From Mobula hypostoma (lineage: Eukaryota): a DNA stretch of 64,000 bases. This document shows positions 61,618 through 64,000 of the stretch, piece after piece (the first letter of the stretch is position 1; the number at the start of each line of letters is the position of its first letter). The stretch lies in the NCBI RefSeq assembly GCF_963921235.1, contig NC_086108.1, positions 53,570,001 to 53,634,000 of the forward strand, in the 5' to 3' direction. The translations under genes and the position numbers were made by a program. A model generated the notes under the pieces. That model saw only the letters and a program-made list of their open reading frames with translations, was not told the DNA's origin and did not search any database.

Positions 61618-64000
61618 GTTGGTACTGGACCCCAAGAAAGGGAGTTTGTGGAGTCCCTCCGAGATGGATTCTCAGAACAGCTTGTACTGGAGCCTACCAG
61701 AGAGAACGCAATTCTAGATTTAGTGTTGTGCAATGAACCGGATTTGATCAGGGACCTCGAGGTAAAGGTGCCATTAGGAGGTAGGGACTATAAGATATTA
61801 AGTTTTAATCTACAATTTGAGAGGGAGAGGGGAAACTCGGAAATGTCAGTATTACAGTTGAACAAAGGGAACTATGGCGCTATGAGGGAGGAGCTGGCCA
61901 AAGTTCAATGGGACGATACCCTAGCAGGGATGACAGTGGAACAGCAATGGCAAGTGTTTCTGGGAATAATGTGGAAGGTGCAGTCCCAGTTCGTTCCAAA
62001 GAGGAAGAAAGATCCTAAGGGGAATAAGGGGAGGCCGTGGCTGACAAGGGAAGTAATGGACAGTATAAAACTAAAAGAGAAGAAGTATAACATAGCAAAA
62101 ACGTGTGGGAAGCCGGAGGATTGGCAAACTTTAAAGAGCAACAGAAGGTAACTAAAAAGGCAATACGTGGAGAAAAATGAGGTATGAAGGTAAACTAGCC
62201 AAGAATATAAAGGAGGATAGTAAAAGCTTCTTTAGGTATGTGAAAAGGAAAAAAATAGTTAAGACCAAAATTGGGCCCTTGAAGACAGAAGCGGGTGAAT
62301 TTATTATGGGGAACAAGGAAATGGCAGATGAGTTGAACAGGTACTTTGGATCTGTCTTCACTAGGGAAGACACAAACAATCTCCCAGATGTAATAGTGGC
62401 CAAAGGACCTAGGGTAATGGATGAACTGAAGGAAATTTATATTAGGCAGGAAATGGTGTTGGATAGGCTGTTGGGTCTGAAGGCTGGCAGGTCCCCAGGA
62501 CCTGTTAGTCTGCATCCCAGGGTACTTAAGGAGGTGGCTTTAGAAATCGTGGACGCATTGGTAATCATTTTCCAATGTTCTATAGATTCAGGATCAGTTC
62601 CTGTGGATTGGAGGGTGGCTAATGTTGTCCCTCTCTTCAAGAAGGGAGGAAGAGAGAAAACAGGGAATTATAGACCGTTTAGCCTGACGACGGTGGTGGG
62701 AAAGATGCTGGAGTCAATTATAAAAGATGAAATTACAACACATCTGGGTAATAATAACAGGATTGGTCCGAGTCAGCATGGATTTATTAAGGGGAAATCA
62801 TGCTTGACTAATCTTCTGGAATTTTTTGAGGATGTAACTATGAAAATGGACAAGGGAGAGCCAGTGGATGTGGTGTACCTGGACTTTCAGAAAGCCTTTG
62901 ATAAAGTCCCACATAGGAGATTAGCGGGCAAAATTAGAGCACATGGTATTGGGGGCAGAGTACTGACATGGATTGAAAATTGGCTGGCTGACAGAAAACA
63001 AAGAGTAACGATTAACGGGTCCCCTTCGGAATGGCAGGCGGTGACCAGTGGGGTACTGCAGAGTTCAGTGCTGGGACTGCAGCTGTTTACAATATATATT
63101 AATGATTTAGATGAGGGAATTAAAAGTAACATTAGCAAATTTGCCGATGACACAAAGCTGGGTGGCAGTGTGAAATGTGAGGAGGATGTTATGAGAATGC
63201 AGGGTGACTTGGACAGGCTAAGTGAGTGGACAGATGCAGTTTAATGTGGATAAATGTGAGGTTATCCACTTTGGTGGTAAGAACGGGAAGGCAGATTATT
63301 ATCTAAATGGAGTCAAGTTAGGAAAAGGGGAAGCACAATGAGATCTAGGTGTTCTTGTACATCAGTCACTGAAAACAAGCATGCAAGTACAGCAGGCAGT
63401 GAAGAAAGCTAATAGCATGCTGGCCTTCATAACAAGGGGAATTGAGTATAAGAGCAAAGAGGTCCTTCTGCAGCTGTACAGGGCCCTGGTGAGACCACAC
63501 CTGGAGTACTGTGTGCAGTTTTGGTCTCCAAATTTGAGGAAGGGCATTCTTGCTATTGAGGGAGTGCAGCGTAGGTTCACGAGGTTAATTCCCAGGATGG
63601 CGAGACTGTCATATGTCGAAAGATTGGAGCGACTGGGCTTGTATACTCTGGAATTTAGAAGGCTGAGAGGGGATCTTATTGAAACATATAAGATTATTAA
63701 GGGATTGGACACGCTGGAGGCAGGAAGCATGTTCCCGCTGATGGGTGAGTCCAGAACCAGAGGCCACAGTTTAAGAATTAGGGTTAGGCCGTTTAGAAAG
63801 GAGTTGAGGAAAAATTTTTTCACCCAGAGAGTGGTGGATATATGGAATGCTCTGCCCCAGAAGGCTGTGGAGGCCAAGTCTCTGGATGCTTTCAAAAAAG
63901 AGATGGATAGAGCTCTTAAAGATAGCAGTATCAAAGGTTATGGGGATAGGGCAGGAACTGGATACTGATAGTGGATGATCAGCCATGATCACAGTGAATG
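61618..64000 (+). mobile_element. CR1 LINE ORF2 (endonuclease end, RT, C-terminus), few lesions; 3' UTR runs off the window
   Basis: ORFs 61561-62151, 62177-63244 (KFADD) and 63381-63968; related to the 404-1427 copy; short frameshifting deletion near 63237. Confidence 0.95.

Noticed and set aside
62177..63244. 355-aa RT ORF as an active or domesticated gene
   Set aside because: Bounded by frameshifts, has PQGS changed to LQSS, and lacks the endonuclease N-terminus; a dead CR1 copy.
1..64000. Host protein-coding gene
   Set aside because: Every recognisable peptide is TE-derived and broken. The remaining short ORFs are antisense or off-frame shadows or lack recognisable motifs. Small exons cannot be excluded by eye.

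Overview
Eukaryotic (vertebrate) non-coding DNA made largely of nested transposable elements. I could not support any host protein-coding exon, rRNA, tRNA or CRISPR array. The repeat families point to a cartilaginous fish, probably a batoid ray; this is inference from repeat content only. Contents: many CR1 LINEs (some young, several nested), Rex1/Babar LINE fragments, Penelope-like elements (PLEs, RT plus GIY-YIG), Gypsy and BEL/Pao LTR relics, a solo LTR, class III (ERV-L/spuma-related) endogenous retrovirus relics with a possible env remnant, Tc1 and Tigger-like DNA transposon relics, Deu-domain SINEs and RTE-like non-autonomous elements. The most notable signal is absent from the ORF track. 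The PLE pseudo-LTRs carry a minimal type I hammerhead ribozyme motif (CAGUC-CUGANGA-A-GGGUC-UC-GGCCC-GAAAC-GUC^GACUG) in about 9 copies. These include a subfamily with an A6C core variant, TSD-flanked solo units whose 5' ends lie at the ribozyme, and a 1-kb TSD-flanked, internally deleted, retrozyme-like element with two direct-repeat hammerheads 509 nt apart. Boundaries were read by eye and are approximate unless a TSD is quoted.
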